Shown here: piece after piece, positions 10,337-20,957 of the stretch
Numbering within the stretch: position 1 is the stretch's first letter
Layout of the letters: each line of letters opens with the position of its first letter
Assembly: GCA_041737595.1 (NCBI GenBank)
Contig: JBGSRK010000010.1
Location: forward strand, 126,244 to 190,243
DNA: 64,000 nucleotides
Reading direction: 5' to 3'
Source: Patescibacteria group bacterium
GTDB taxonomy: Bacteria; Patescibacteriota; CPR2; UBA1875
The notes under the pieces: model-generated
The model's database searches: none
What the model saw: the letters and a program-made list of their open reading frames with translations, nothing else
Told to the model about the DNA's origin: nothing
Made by a program: the position numbers and the translations under genes

Positions 10337-10383
10337 AATATTTTACGATATGAATTATATCATAATGAAATGTTTTTTCTAAG

Positions 10384-11274
10384 TTAATTTAAATATAAAT
10401 TTAATGATTCTTCCCAATCCGCAATATAAATTCCACCCTCTTTTGCTTTTGTAAGATCTAGCGCTGAATAAGCAGGACGATTGGCAATTTTACTCGTATC
10501 TTTCCCGGCATAATATTCTTCAGTGGTAACATATTTAACGTTTGAATTTTTGCCGGCAATTTCAAATATTTTCTTTGCAAAATCAGCCCAGGAAATAATT
10601 GGTCCATCACCAGTTACATGATAAATACCAGGGGGGATAGGAGTGGAAGAAGGAGATTGCCGCGTCGCAAGCTCCTCGCAATGACGGAGGGTCGAGAGAG
10701 AAATATCATACATTGCGCGAGCAAGATCGAGTGCATAGGTTGGTCGACCAACTTGATCTGAAACTACAGTTAATTCTGGATATTTTTCAGAAAGATCAAT
10801 CATTGTTTTTACAAAGTTTTTACCATCACCATAAACCCACGACGTTCGAAGAACATAACCACCTACTGCAAGTGTATGTTTTTCACCGGCTAGTTTTGTG
10901 GCACCATAAACACTTATTGGGTTAGGGGTTGCGTCTGGCTTGATTGGGCTAGTTGCGGTTCCATCAAAAACATAATCAGTTGAAATATAAATCATTTTAA
11001 CGCCATGTTTTTGGCATGAAATTGCCAGATTTTCTGTCCCCCTATCATTAACAAGTGTACAAATATCTTTATTTTCTTCACATCCATCTACATTTGTATA
11101 TGCAGCACAATGGAATAACCATTCTGGTTTAAATTTAATAAATGTTTTTTCTATTGCCTCTAAATCTGTAATATCCATATCATCAGAATCAGTAAAAAGA
11201 GTTACTTCATCTTTTAATACTTCTGAGAGTGCATGACCAAGCTGACCATGACCGCCAGTAACTAATACTTTCAT
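10384..11274 (-). CDS. rfbD: dTDP-4-dehydrorhamnose reductase (carries an in-frame palindromic insertion)
   Basis: VTGGHGQLG, HCAAYTNVD, ISTDYVFDG, YGATKLAGE, RTSWVYG, DQVGRPT, RPAYSALD. Confidence 0.95.
   Translation of the reverse strand: MKVLVTGGHGQLGHALSEVLKDEVTLFTDSDDMDITDLEAIEKTFIKFKPEWLFHCAAYTNVDGCEENKDICTLVNDRGTENLAISCQKHGVKMIYISTDYVFDGTATSPIKPDATPNPISVYGATKLAGEKHTLAVGGYVLRTSWVYGDGKNFVKTMIDLSEKYPELTVVSDQVGRPTYALDLARAMYDISLSTLRHCEELATRQSPSSTPIPPGIYHVTGDGPIISWADFAKKIFEIAGKNSNVKYVTTEEYYAGKDTSKIANRPAYSALDLTKAKEGGIYIADWEESLNLYLN
10653..10686 (-). repeat. REP/RPE-like palindromic element inside rfbD
   Basis: Minus strand CGTCATTGCGAGGAGCTTGCGACGCGGCAATCTC (ATTGC...GCAAT arms), translated as RHCEELATRQS; GC-rich relative to flanks. 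Confidence 0.75.
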
Positions 11275-11324
11275 ATATTCTCCTTTCTTCGTTATTCAAA
11301 TATAGACTGTAATGAAGAAATATT

Positions 11325-11900
11325 TTAGGTTAATTCTTTTAAAAGAGAATGGGATTTGTCCTTATCGGATATAATAGCCTCCGAAAGAGGAATGGGCCAA
11401 TCTATGGCAAGGTCTGGGTCTGCAAGGTTTATTAGAGTGTATTTTGCTTCTGGCGACCAGTGGGCATCTACTAAATAAGTATATAAAACATCTGGCGTTA
11501 GGGTTTGAAATGAGTTGGCACAGCCTTTGGGCACAAACAGTGCCTTTTGGGGATTCATCTCAAAAGTCTCTACCATCCCATAAGTATCTCCCTCTCGCAA
11601 ATCAACTATCGCCGTAAATGCTCTTCCGGTTTGGATACTAATAAACTTGCTCCATGGTTCTGCATGGATACCCCTAGTGACACCTCTTTCTTTATTCGCA
11701 GATACGCTTAATTGTACTGGGACAAAATCTTCTGGAAGTCCGGCTATTCTCAGTTTTTCTAATTGGAAACTTTCCTTGAACCAACCTCTTTCATCACCGT
11801 TTAAAACCAAATCAAAAAATAATAGTCCAGGTATGCGGGTTTTATGGGACCTAATTTCTTTGTTTTCATACAGCGACTTATCGTAGTTGTCGTTTTTCAT
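11325..11900 (-). CDS. rfbC: dTDP-4-dehydrorhamnose 3,5-epimerase
   Basis: GDERGWFKE, RGVTRGIHAEPW, VDLREG, VPKGCANSFQTL, SDKD. Confidence 0.95.
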   Translation of the reverse strand: MKNDNYDKSLYENKEIRSHKTRIPGLLFFDLVLNGDERGWFKESFQLEKLRIAGLPEDFVPVQLSVSANKERGVTRGIHAEPWSKFISIQTGRAFTAIVDLREGDTYGMVETFEMNPQKALFVPKGCANSFQTLTPDVLYTYLVDAHWSPEAKYTLINLADPDLAIDWPIPLSEAIISDKDKSHSLLKELT

Positions 11901-11905
11901 AATAA

Positions 11906-13629
<1,724 letters not shown>

Positions 13630-13697
13630 AAAATCTCCTTTTTAATAGTAGATATATTTTAACCTATAGGATTTTTTTGTCAAAAGAGTTACTAAGA

Positions 13698-14561
13698 TTA
13701 GCTAATCTCTTTTTCTAAATATTTTTTTAGTTCATCTTTGAAACCATCGTGTTTTAATGCCATTGAGATGGTTGCCTTTAAAAAACCAAGCTTATCACCT
13801 GTATCATAAACTGTCCCTTTGTAATTTTTACCCATTAAACCTTCTTTTTTTGCCATTTCAAGCATCGCGTCAGTAAGTTCTATCTCCCCTCTTTCAGAAA
13901 AACCAACATCTTCAAGATATTTAAATATTACAGGGTCAAATACATATCGCCCAAGGATAGAATAATTTGATGGAGCATCTTTTAGTTTTGGTTTTTCAAC
14001 TACACCTTTTATCATAAATTCTTCACCTTTTTCTTTAGGATCAATAATCCCATATAGATGAACCTTTTCATCGGGGACTTCAGATGCTGTTATTGTTGAA
14101 ATCCCTGTTTTTTCATAATTATCAATTAGGTCTTTTAAACAATCCGGCCCATTTGCGACTAAAACATCTGGGAGTAACACTGCAAATGGTTCATCTCCGA
14201 TAATGTCCTTTGCTCTAAGAACTGCGTGCCCAAGGCCAAGTGGTTCTTTTTGACGAATATAAATAATATTTGCCATCTCTGAGATTGCTTCCATTTCATG
14301 AAGTAGTTCTAATTTATTTTTTTTCTTTAATGCATCTTCGAGTTCATATGAATGATCAAAATAGTCTTCAATTGCAGATTTACCGCGCCCAGTAATAAAG
14401 ATGATATCAGTAATACCCGCTTTAACTGCTTCTTCTACTGCATAATGAATCGCCGGCTTATCAATGATTGGGACCATCTCTTTTGGCATTGATTTTGTGG
14501 CTGGTAAAAATCTTGTCCCAAACCCCGCTGCGGGGATTACTGCTTTTCTAACTTTTTTCAT
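13698..14561 (-). CDS. galU: UTP-glucose-1-phosphate uridylyltransferase
   Basis: KAVIPAAGFGTRFLPATKSMPKEM, RQKEPLGLGHAV, VEKP, GEIELTDA. Confidence 0.96.
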   Translation of the reverse strand: MKKVRKAVIPAAGFGTRFLPATKSMPKEMVPIIDKPAIHYAVEEAVKAGITDIIFITGRGKSAIEDYFDHSYELEDALKKKNKLELLHEMEAISEMANIIYIRQKEPLGLGHAVLRAKDIIGDEPFAVLLPDVLVANGPDCLKDLIDNYEKTGISTITASEVPDEKVHLYGIIDPKEKGEEFMIKGVVEKPKLKDAPSNYSILGRYVFDPVIFKYLEDVGFSERGEIELTDAMLEMAKKEGLMGKNYKGTVYDTGDKLGFLKATISMALKHDGFKDELKKYLEKEIS

Positions 14562-14636
14562 ATCAGTATTTTATATTTAAAACACCCCTCCGTCAAATAC
14601 CCATATTAATCTCTTTTTATTATATTATTTATAGTA

Positions 14637-14668
14637 CTTATGCTTTAGTAATGTACATTAGTAAAGTG
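14637..14668. repeat. 32-bp direct repeat containing a 28-bp palindrome, downstream of TrpR-like gene A
   Basis: CTTATGCTTTAGTAATGTACATTAGTAAAGTG, identical to 15101..15132. Confidence 0.95.
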
Positions 14669-14704
14669 ATATCTAGGTGGTTTAATATTGTAAATTATAG
14701 CTGT

Positions 14705-15085
14705 TTATCTTTTAGATATCGGTATTATGCCTGGAATACCCTTGTATTTTACTTTATGACTTTTTGAATAATTAATAATTACATCTTTTATATTATCAAT
14801 ATTTTTTCTAGTATTTCTAGAAGGATTTCTGCGAAAACCATACCCAATATGGTTACTAAGTCTAGCAATAATAGTTGAGCTAACCTTAACTTCTTGTTGA
14901 ATCATTGAATATGAATATCCTGCATTAAGCATTTCGAGTATTTTAAGTCTTCTTGCCATATCATTAATTTCACGAGGAGTTAAAATTCTTTCAAAAAGTA
15001 ACTCAACATCTTTTGTTGTATTTGTAGAGGCAACTATTTTAATTAAATCTTTAATTTCTTTTTCAAACCAGATATCAATTGACAT
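14705..15085 (-). CDS. TrpR/YerC-YecD-like helix-turn-helix protein A
   Basis: LFERILTPREINDMARRL..ML..G.SY..I....VSSTIIARLS matches the TrpR/YerC pattern; AGGAG RBS. Confidence 0.88.
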   Translation of the reverse strand: MSIDIWFEKEIKDLIKIVASTNTTKDVELLFERILTPREINDMARRLKILEMLNAGYSYSMIQQEVKVSSTIIARLSNHIGYGFRRNPSRNTRKNIDNIKDVIINYSKSHKVKYKGIPGIIPISKR

Positions 15086-15100
15086 GAGTTCTCCTTTATC

Positions 15101-15132
15101 CTTATGCTTTAGTAATGTACATTAGTAAAGTG
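15101..15132. repeat. 32-bp direct repeat containing a 28-bp palindrome, upstream of TrpR-like gene A (candidate operator or recombination site)
   Basis: Identical to 14637..14668; starts 16 bp upstream of the start codon. Confidence 0.95.
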
Positions 15133-15162
15133 TTTATATATTTATTATTTCAAAGTATTTTT

Positions 15163-16914
15163 TTATAAATAGACTAAATAAATATCAAGCTTGGGGACTG
15201 TTGTTTTTTCGCCAGAATCAAAAACTAGAATATTGCCCGAGATATCAATACGAGGTAAATAATAAATTGGGAAATCAATTATTGTTTCCGTGGATGAGCT
15301 AATGTCATAGATATGGATGTAATAATAACCACTTTCAAATTTTGTATAAACAATACGCCCTGAATCTATTCGAATCGCGCCAGAAACACCTCCGTCTGTA
15401 ATCAATTTTTCTTCTCTGGTCTTAATATTTATTGAATATAATTTTTTATCCTTTTCCCAAATAATATAATCTTCTGAAATATCTATTGTCCCCGTTGACC
15501 CAATATTTGTTTTTATCAACTCTTCAGCGCCCCCAATTTCTTTAAGGTATAAATCGGTCCGGTTCCCAATTCTTGTATCTTTCCAAATAACATTATCTTC
15601 TGAAATTTTTGGTTGATATTGACTCCCGGTCCCAGTTACAAAAGGAATTTCTCCGTTTGACTTATTTAAATCAAGATAATAAATATCAGAATCCTTACCA
15701 TTCCGCATATCACTCCAAACAACAATCCCGCTATCATTTAAAACTGGGCTTAATTGATCTTTTGGCGCATTTGTGACCAAAAAAGGCGAGTTTGATATAA
15801 AACTATAACAATAAATATTCGTTGCAGTTGAACTAAAATGTGAATCTTGGGCTGTATAACATGCATAATCTCCACCAACTTGTGGCTCTTGGGCAATACT
15901 TACACCTTCTATTGCAATATTTACACCCTTAATTTCACCATCTGAAATATCATAATAAAATAACTTTTTGGGGCTATTGCCGTTTTCGTTTTTCTTCCAA
16001 TCCTGCCAAACAATTATTTTCCCATTCGTAGTCGGATATCTTTGACTTTCGGGATCGTTTGTAACATTAATAACTTCTCTTTTCAGTTCAATTGATTTTT
16101 CTTCAGATTCAGCCGTTAGACCATTATTAAAGTAAGTAATGACTCGATAATAATAATTTTTACCTGTTAATAGATTTTTATCTTCATAATTTAATTTATT
16201 AACATCATTGGTTTCGAAAATTGGTGAAAACCCAGCCCCAGATTCGAGGGAACGCTCTAAAACATACTTATTAAAATCTGAGTCTTCTGATTTAGCCCAA
16301 GAAATATTAATCGAGTTACTTTGAGAATTAAGTACAATTTCTGAACCTTTTTGTGGTCGATGAGAATCTATAAAATCAGTAGGTGAATAATAAAAATCTT
16401 TAATATTTTCTTTATCTAACCCGCTCGGCCAATAATTCGCCTTTAGATTATTTTTTCTAATTTCAAAATGTAAATGTGATGCCCATCTCCCATCGGCATT
16501 TCCTATTTTTCCAATACAATCACCTTTTTTTAATAATTGACCTTCATTTACATTAATTTCAGAAAGATGTGCATATTGTGACCAAACTGTTATTGGGTTA
16601 TCATGTTTTATTAAAACTATTTTTCCCCAACCACTACCATAATCTTTTGCACTTATAATAGTTCCGTCTGAGATGGAATATACAGGGTCCCCATAATCAT
16701 CTTCACCACTTCCCCTGTTCCAATCTTCTCCTGGATGCCAAATTGTTCCGTTCCATTCAAGATAACCCCATCCATCATTCCCACCAAATATTTCACCTCT
16801 TTTATAATTATCTCCATCGGGTTTGCCCGCAGGATAATCAAAACCAGCATTACTTGCAAAAGTAATATTTGGTAATAATAACATAAGAATTATAAGGTAA
16901 AAAAAATTAAACAT
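15163..16914 (-). CDS. Secreted M23 peptidoglycan endopeptidase + FN3 + beta-propeller repeats
   Basis: HPGED (HxxxD), YAHL, HLHFE; FN3 ISW..YVLERS..YYYRV; repeated IVWQD/VVWSDMRNG..DIY/VIWKDTR blades. Confidence 0.85.
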   Translation of the reverse strand: MFNFFYLIILMLLLPNITFASNAGFDYPAGKPDGDNYKRGEIFGGNDGWGYLEWNGTIWHPGEDWNRGSGEDDYGDPVYSISDGTIISAKDYGSGWGKIVLIKHDNPITVWSQYAHLSEINVNEGQLLKKGDCIGKIGNADGRWASHLHFEIRKNNLKANYWPSGLDKENIKDFYYSPTDFIDSHRPQKGSEIVLNSQSNSINISWAKSEDSDFNKYVLERSLESGAGFSPIFETNDVNKLNYEDKNLLTGKNYYYRVITYFNNGLTAESEEKSIELKREVINVTNDPESQRYPTTNGKIIVWQDWKKNENGNSPKKLFYYDISDGEIKGVNIAIEGVSIAQEPQVGGDYACYTAQDSHFSSTATNIYCYSFISNSPFLVTNAPKDQLSPVLNDSGIVVWSDMRNGKDSDIYYLDLNKSNGEIPFVTGTGSQYQPKISEDNVIWKDTRIGNRTDLYLKEIGGAEELIKTNIGSTGTIDISEDYIIWEKDKKLYSINIKTREEKLITDGGVSGAIRIDSGRIVYTKFESGYYYIHIYDISSSTETIIDFPIYYLPRIDISGNILVFDSGEKTTVPKLDIYLVYL

Positions 16915-16921
16915 AGCTTTA

Positions 16922-17704
16922 TTAATCAGTCATATTAAAAATAATTTGTTCCGCTATATTGATTAAATCACCGTTATTTGATCCTAAAATATTTAGATCA
17001 AATATTTTATTATTAAAAATATATACATAATTTCTAGTTTCACCCATCGAAAGCCAATCAAAGTAGACACCTTTTTTAGATGCTATTTTAAAATCTTTTC
17101 TATCTAAAAAACCTTCCACATTAAATGTTTCCTGATCACCTATAAATAAATACTTATTTTCATCTACCCATTTTGATATATCTGTTTCTTTTTCTAAATT
17201 ATTATAAACAGAAATCGAAATCCCAGGGAATTCAGATTCACTATCTTTATATACTGAAGAAATAATATTAATATGATTACTATTATTGTTAACAATAAAG
17301 TCTTCTGGGTATTTTAGCTCAAATCCTAATTCTTCATTTTTATAAGTCTTCCAATCTTTAAAATTACTCGAATTTGTATTATCAAAATTATTAGAATTAG
17401 TAAAAGAATCATTATTTTTATATGTAAAGGCGGCATTATAAAAAGGGTTTCCTACTGCCGGGATTACGGCCGCAAGTGGTTTTGCGATGTCATTTTTAAT
17501 TCCTTCTCTAATTGACCCTCTGGTTTCTTTTGGTATAAAATCTGGTTTATCTTTAGTATAAATAGCCATAAAAAAACAAATTATCGTTCCAATTATTAAT
17601 ATTGTAATAACAATTATTGAAATTAATAATAGAGTTTTTCGATCCATTAATTTAAAAATATTTTTTGAATTTCGCCACTTAATATATTTTTCTTTAAGTC
17701 TCAT
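16922..17704 (-). CDS. Membrane-anchored protein with PsbP/Mog1-like extracellular domain
   Basis: One TM helix; WKTYKNEELGFELKYP motif; start taken at MRLKEK because the longer ORF runs into a terminator hairpin. Confidence 0.55.
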   Translation of the reverse strand: MRLKEKYIKWRNSKNIFKLMDRKTLLLISIIVITILIIGTIICFFMAIYTKDKPDFIPKETRGSIREGIKNDIAKPLAAVIPAVGNPFYNAAFTYKNNDSFTNSNNFDNTNSSNFKDWKTYKNEELGFELKYPEDFIVNNNSNHINIISSVYKDSESEFPGISISVYNNLEKETDISKWVDENKYLFIGDQETFNVEGFLDRKDFKIASKKGVYFDWLSMGETRNYVYIFNNKIFDLNILGSNNGDLINIAEQIIFNMTD

Positions 17705-17767
17705 ATATTTATCATAAGCATAATGAATAATACGGTCAAGTATTTTATCTATACAGAAAATGAAACA

Positions 17768-17786
17768 CCCCTGCATATAGCAGGGG
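17768..17786 (-). terminator. Intrinsic terminator of the 17808..18155 ORF
   Basis: CCCCTGC-ATATA-GCAGGGG, followed by a U-rich run on the minus strand. Confidence 0.65.
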
Positions 17787-17807
17787 CTTTGTGCGACACA
17801 ATGGTCG

Positions 17808-18155
17808 CTAGTTCGGGTTCAACACCGGGTTGGCTTCGAGGATATTCCCAATAATGCGATCGAAAACAATCGGGAGACCATCGATACCCTGAAGGGTACC
17901 ACAACGCCGGCTGACACCATCAACGTTGCCGAGGTCAGGAGTTGATATGAAAGTGATGTCATCGTTTGGTGCACGATGAACCACAAACATGCCCTCAGGG
18001 CCCTGATATGACACGCAGTGACCTTCCTTCAGAGTTACAGCAACACGACGATCTTCACCAATTCCGTAGGTAGTATCAAACTGACCTGCGTAGGCTGGGA
18101 ATGTCTCGAGAAATTGCTCAAGACGTGTCCGGACCTTACATGTACTTGCCTTCAT
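17808..18155 (-). CDS. Hypothetical protein (GC-rich ORFan)
   Basis: 115-aa ORF with GAGGAG RBS, consensus promoter and terminator; no recognisable motif. Confidence 0.7.
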   Translation of the reverse strand: MKASTCKVRTRLEQFLETFPAYAGQFDTTYGIGEDRRVAVTLKEGHCVSYQGPEGMFVVHRAPNDDITFISTPDLGNVDGVSRRCGTLQGIDGLPIVFDRIIGNILEANPVLNPN

Positions 18156-18192
18156 CTACACTCCTCTTTTCGAGATGAACACACAAGCAGAA

Positions 18193-18221
18193 ATTATATC
18201 AAACTTTAGGCTTTATGTCAA
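18193..18221 (-). promoter_or_regulatory. Perfect sigma70 promoter
   Basis: Minus strand TTGACA-TAAAGCCTAAAGTTTGA (17 bp)-TATAAT. Confidence 0.85.
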
Positions 18222-18223
18222 AG

Positions 18224-18251
18224 AAAAGTCCACTCTTTCGAGTGGACTTTT
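18224..18251 (-). terminator. Intrinsic terminator after hsp20
   Basis: AAAAGTCCACTC-GAAA-GAGTGGACTTTT on the minus strand. Confidence 0.85.
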
Positions 18252-18273
18252 ATAATAAACACCCTCCGCAAAT

Positions 18274-18714
18274 TTATTGAGAAATCTTTAATTTCACAGA
18301 TTGATTCTTTTTAGATCTTGGGACTCGAACTGTTAAAATACCATTTTTAAAAGTAGCTCTTGCACCCTCTGGATCACCTTCAACTGGGAAAGTTACAGTT
18401 CTTGAAAAAGTACCCCAATAACATTCTCTTGTATGATAATTATCTTCAGCTACTTCTTTTTCCTCTTTTCTTTCGCCTCTAATAGAAATTTGTTCTGGTT
18501 GGACTGTTATATCTATATCAGTTTCATTAACACCTGCAACAGGAGCCTTAACAACAATATCATTTTGAGTTTGATAGATATCTACTGCAAGATTTCCTTC
18601 TGTTTGTGCTTGACTTAACCAATCTTGAGCAACTGAATCAGAAAAAGCATCCCCAAGGAGAAATTCCTCTTCTGAAAGCTGACTATTAAGATTTGCGATC
18701 GCTTTTTTTACCAC
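18274..18714 (-). CDS. Small heat-shock protein (Hsp20/alpha-crystallin)
   Basis: LAVDIYQT, APVAGV, IRGER, ECYWGTFSRTV, ATFKNGILTVRVP; GGAGG RBS with GTG start. Confidence 0.93.
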   Translation of the reverse strand: MVKKAIANLNSQLSEEEFLLGDAFSDSVAQDWLSQAQTEGNLAVDIYQTQNDIVVKAPVAGVNETDIDITVQPEQISIRGERKEEKEVAEDNYHTRECYWGTFSRTVTFPVEGDPEGARATFKNGILTVRVPRSKKNQSVKLKISQ

Positions 18715-18858
18715 AATTACCCTCCTTAAATTTTATTGAGTATTATAAAATATAATTCTCATGAGGAACGAACTGCATTCATATTAAATAAAGAGTACGC
18801 CCTCCGTAACTTTACTTATTTTATTTTATTGATATTTTTTGATAAAATCAATAGCAAT

Positions 18859-19548
18859 ATGCAAAAGCTTAAGAATTATATTACAGATTTATTTTTCCCG
18901 GCTAAGTGCCTTATATGTAATAAAATTAGCCAAAATATTTGTATTGATTGTATTAATAAGATACAGGAAGTTATAAATCAAACTTGTCCTAATTGTAATA
19001 AATTATCAAAATATGGTGCTTATTGTAATCGGTGTAAGAAAAATAAATATATATCAGGTATTATTGCATTTGGTTATTTTAGAAACCCAATCCTAAAGAA
19101 AGTTATTTATGAACTCAAATATGAAGGGGTATTTTCGGTTAGTGATCAACTCGCAGGCATGTTAACTAAAACAATTCTTAAGGAAGATATAATTTTTGAT
19201 ATAATTTCATTTGTGCCTATTTCTAAAAAAAGTTTAAGGCATCGAGGGTATAACCAATCTGAATTAATTGCAAATAGCCTATCAGAGTATTTTAAAAAAC
19301 CTGTTTTCTCCTTATTAACAAAGACTAAAGAAACAAAAAGTCAAGTTGGTCTTTCTGGGAAAGAAAGACGTAATAATTTATTTGACGCATTTATAATTAA
19401 TGAAAAAAATAGTAATAAACTAATTGGAAAAAAAATACTAATTATCGATGATGTTTGCACCACAGGGTCAACACTTAATGAATGTGCAAAAATATTAAAA
19501 AATGGTGGAGCAAAAAAAATCCATGGAGCAGTTATCGCAAAAGAATAA
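18859..19548 (+). CDS. comF: ComF family competence protein (double zinc ribbon + PRTase)
   Basis: LFFPAKCLIC..CIDC..CPNC..CNRC, RGYNQSELIA, ILIIDDVCTTGSTL. Confidence 0.92.
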   Translation: MQKLKNYITDLFFPAKCLICNKISQNICIDCINKIQEVINQTCPNCNKLSKYGAYCNRCKKNKYISGIIAFGYFRNPILKKVIYELKYEGVFSVSDQLAGMLTKTILKEDIIFDIISFVPISKKSLRHRGYNQSELIANSLSEYFKKPVFSLLTKTKETKSQVGLSGKERRNNLFDAFIINEKNSNKLIGKKILIIDDVCTTGSTLNECAKILKNGGAKKIHGAVIAKE

Positions 19549-19601
19549 TTGGACTACTTGCTTCTTTTTGCTAAATTCTTTATTCTATTTATGGAGGGTT
19601 T

Positions 19602-20162
19602 ATGGACGTTGATACTATTGTAAAAAATAAAAAAGAAGATAAAAAAGACTTAAAAAAAGAGATTGAGAAGCCAAAAGAAAAAGTCGAGGTTCCAAAAAGA
19701 AAAGCTATACTTTCTTGGGAGTCTTCAGATAATTTATCTGTTCAAATTAATCCTTTTGTAATAACTTTATTTGTCATATTCAATTTAACAGCAATTGCTT
19801 ATTTTGTATGGAAAAAGGATTGGTTTCCTATACCTGTTATTGTAATAATTTCAGGTATTTTTATTTGGTATAAAATTTCTATTAAAGAAGAATTAAAAAA
19901 ATATTCCATTGAAAGAATGGGTGTTAGAATTAATGATTATTTTTATCCATATTCTGAAATACATTCATTTTGGATTATTTATAACGATAAAGTAAAAAAT
20001 CTTTATATAACCTTTGTAAAAAGATATTTACCATCAATTGTAATTGATCTTAGTAACGCAAACCCACACAATGTAAAAATTGCTTTAAGCCGACGCATAC
20101 CCGAACAAACTCAAAAATCTGAAAATCTTTTAGATAAATTAGTAAGATTACTTAACCTTTAG
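19602..20162 (+). CDS. Hypothetical membrane protein (2 TM + soluble domain)
   Basis: Two hydrophobic helices; YPYSEIHSFWI motif; GGAGG RBS. Confidence 0.65.
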   Translation: MDVDTIVKNKKEDKKDLKKEIEKPKEKVEVPKRKAILSWESSDNLSVQINPFVITLFVIFNLTAIAYFVWKKDWFPIPVIVIISGIFIWYKISIKEELKKYSIERMGVRINDYFYPYSEIHSFWIIYNDKVKNLYITFVKRYLPSIVIDLSNANPHNVKIALSRRIPEQTQKSENLLDKLVRLLNL

Positions 20163-20907
20163 ATAGGGTTAATAATTCGCGACCCTGTGACATTATTTTA
20201 GTTTGAGCATCTATCGCAGAAAAAAGTACTTCCCATGTGTAGTGATAATCTTTACCATCTTTAATCCCTGCATCATTTGTTATTACTCCAAGTGAATCAT
20301 ACCCTTTTATAAGCAGAATGTGATAAGTATTATCTCGACCATAATGTGGATTTTCTAAAGAATGAGTCATAACTGGCACAAGAACGGGACTGCCTTGTGA
20401 AATTAATTCTTTAATATTTTCTTTTGTACCATTATTAACTATTGAATATTTATATTTATAATAATCATTTGCAAACTTCCCAAGCTTAATTATAGATAGA
20501 TCAGGTTCTTCTCCATAATTATTTTTTTGCCACGTTTTCATTGCCCTTATATCTTTATCTACTTCTAATTGATCAAGATTTGATGAACTATTTTCTATAA
20601 GGTATTGATGATACATTAAAATTGCTGCCTCCTCGCAAGATTCTTCATGAACAGTCCAATTTGCAAATGGGGCTTGGACTGTGAATGGAACTGATAATAA
20701 ATTATTTTCTTTAATTATTAATTTTGGTTCTATTTCTTTTGGAGTTTCTTGCTCGGATTCTTCATTTATAATTTCAGGCTTAATTAGATTATTATTCTTT
20801 TTTGCTAAAAACCCCAACACTCCAAATGTAATAAATAATAAAGAAAGAGCCATAAATAAATAGGCCCTTTTTTGATAGAATTCTGAAATTCGATTATTTT
20901 TCTTCAT
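20152..20907 (-). CDS. Membrane-anchored C39-like cysteine peptidase
   Basis: VPFTVQAP..ESCEEAA (catalytic Cys), YHILLIKGYD (His), TNDAG (Asp). Confidence 0.8.
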   Translation of the reverse strand: MKKNNRISEFYQKRAYLFMALSLLFITFGVLGFLAKKNNNLIKPEIINEESEQETPKEIEPKLIIKENNLLSVPFTVQAPFANWTVHEESCEEAAILMYHQYLIENSSSNLDQLEVDKDIRAMKTWQKNNYGEEPDLSIIKLGKFANDYYKYKYSIVNNGTKENIKELISQGSPVLVPVMTHSLENPHYGRDNTYHILLIKGYDSLGVITNDAGIKDGKDYHYTWEVLFSAIDAQTKIMSQGRELLTLSKG

Positions 20908-20957
20908 GTTATTTGATTGATTTTATTTCTCTGAAACTCTGAAATTTTTTTCGACAT

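Noticed and set aside
14641-14668. The chromosomal dif site
   Set aside because: It is ~24 kb from oriC rather than at the terminus, it is duplicated, and the right arm TTAGTAAAGTG departs from the XerD consensus TTATGTTAAAT. Kept only as a dif-like geometry hypothesis.
14637-15132. Repeat pairs as a mini CRISPR array
   Set aside because: Only two copies per locus, ~465 bp apart with a whole gene between them; no spacers of CRISPR length and no cas genes.
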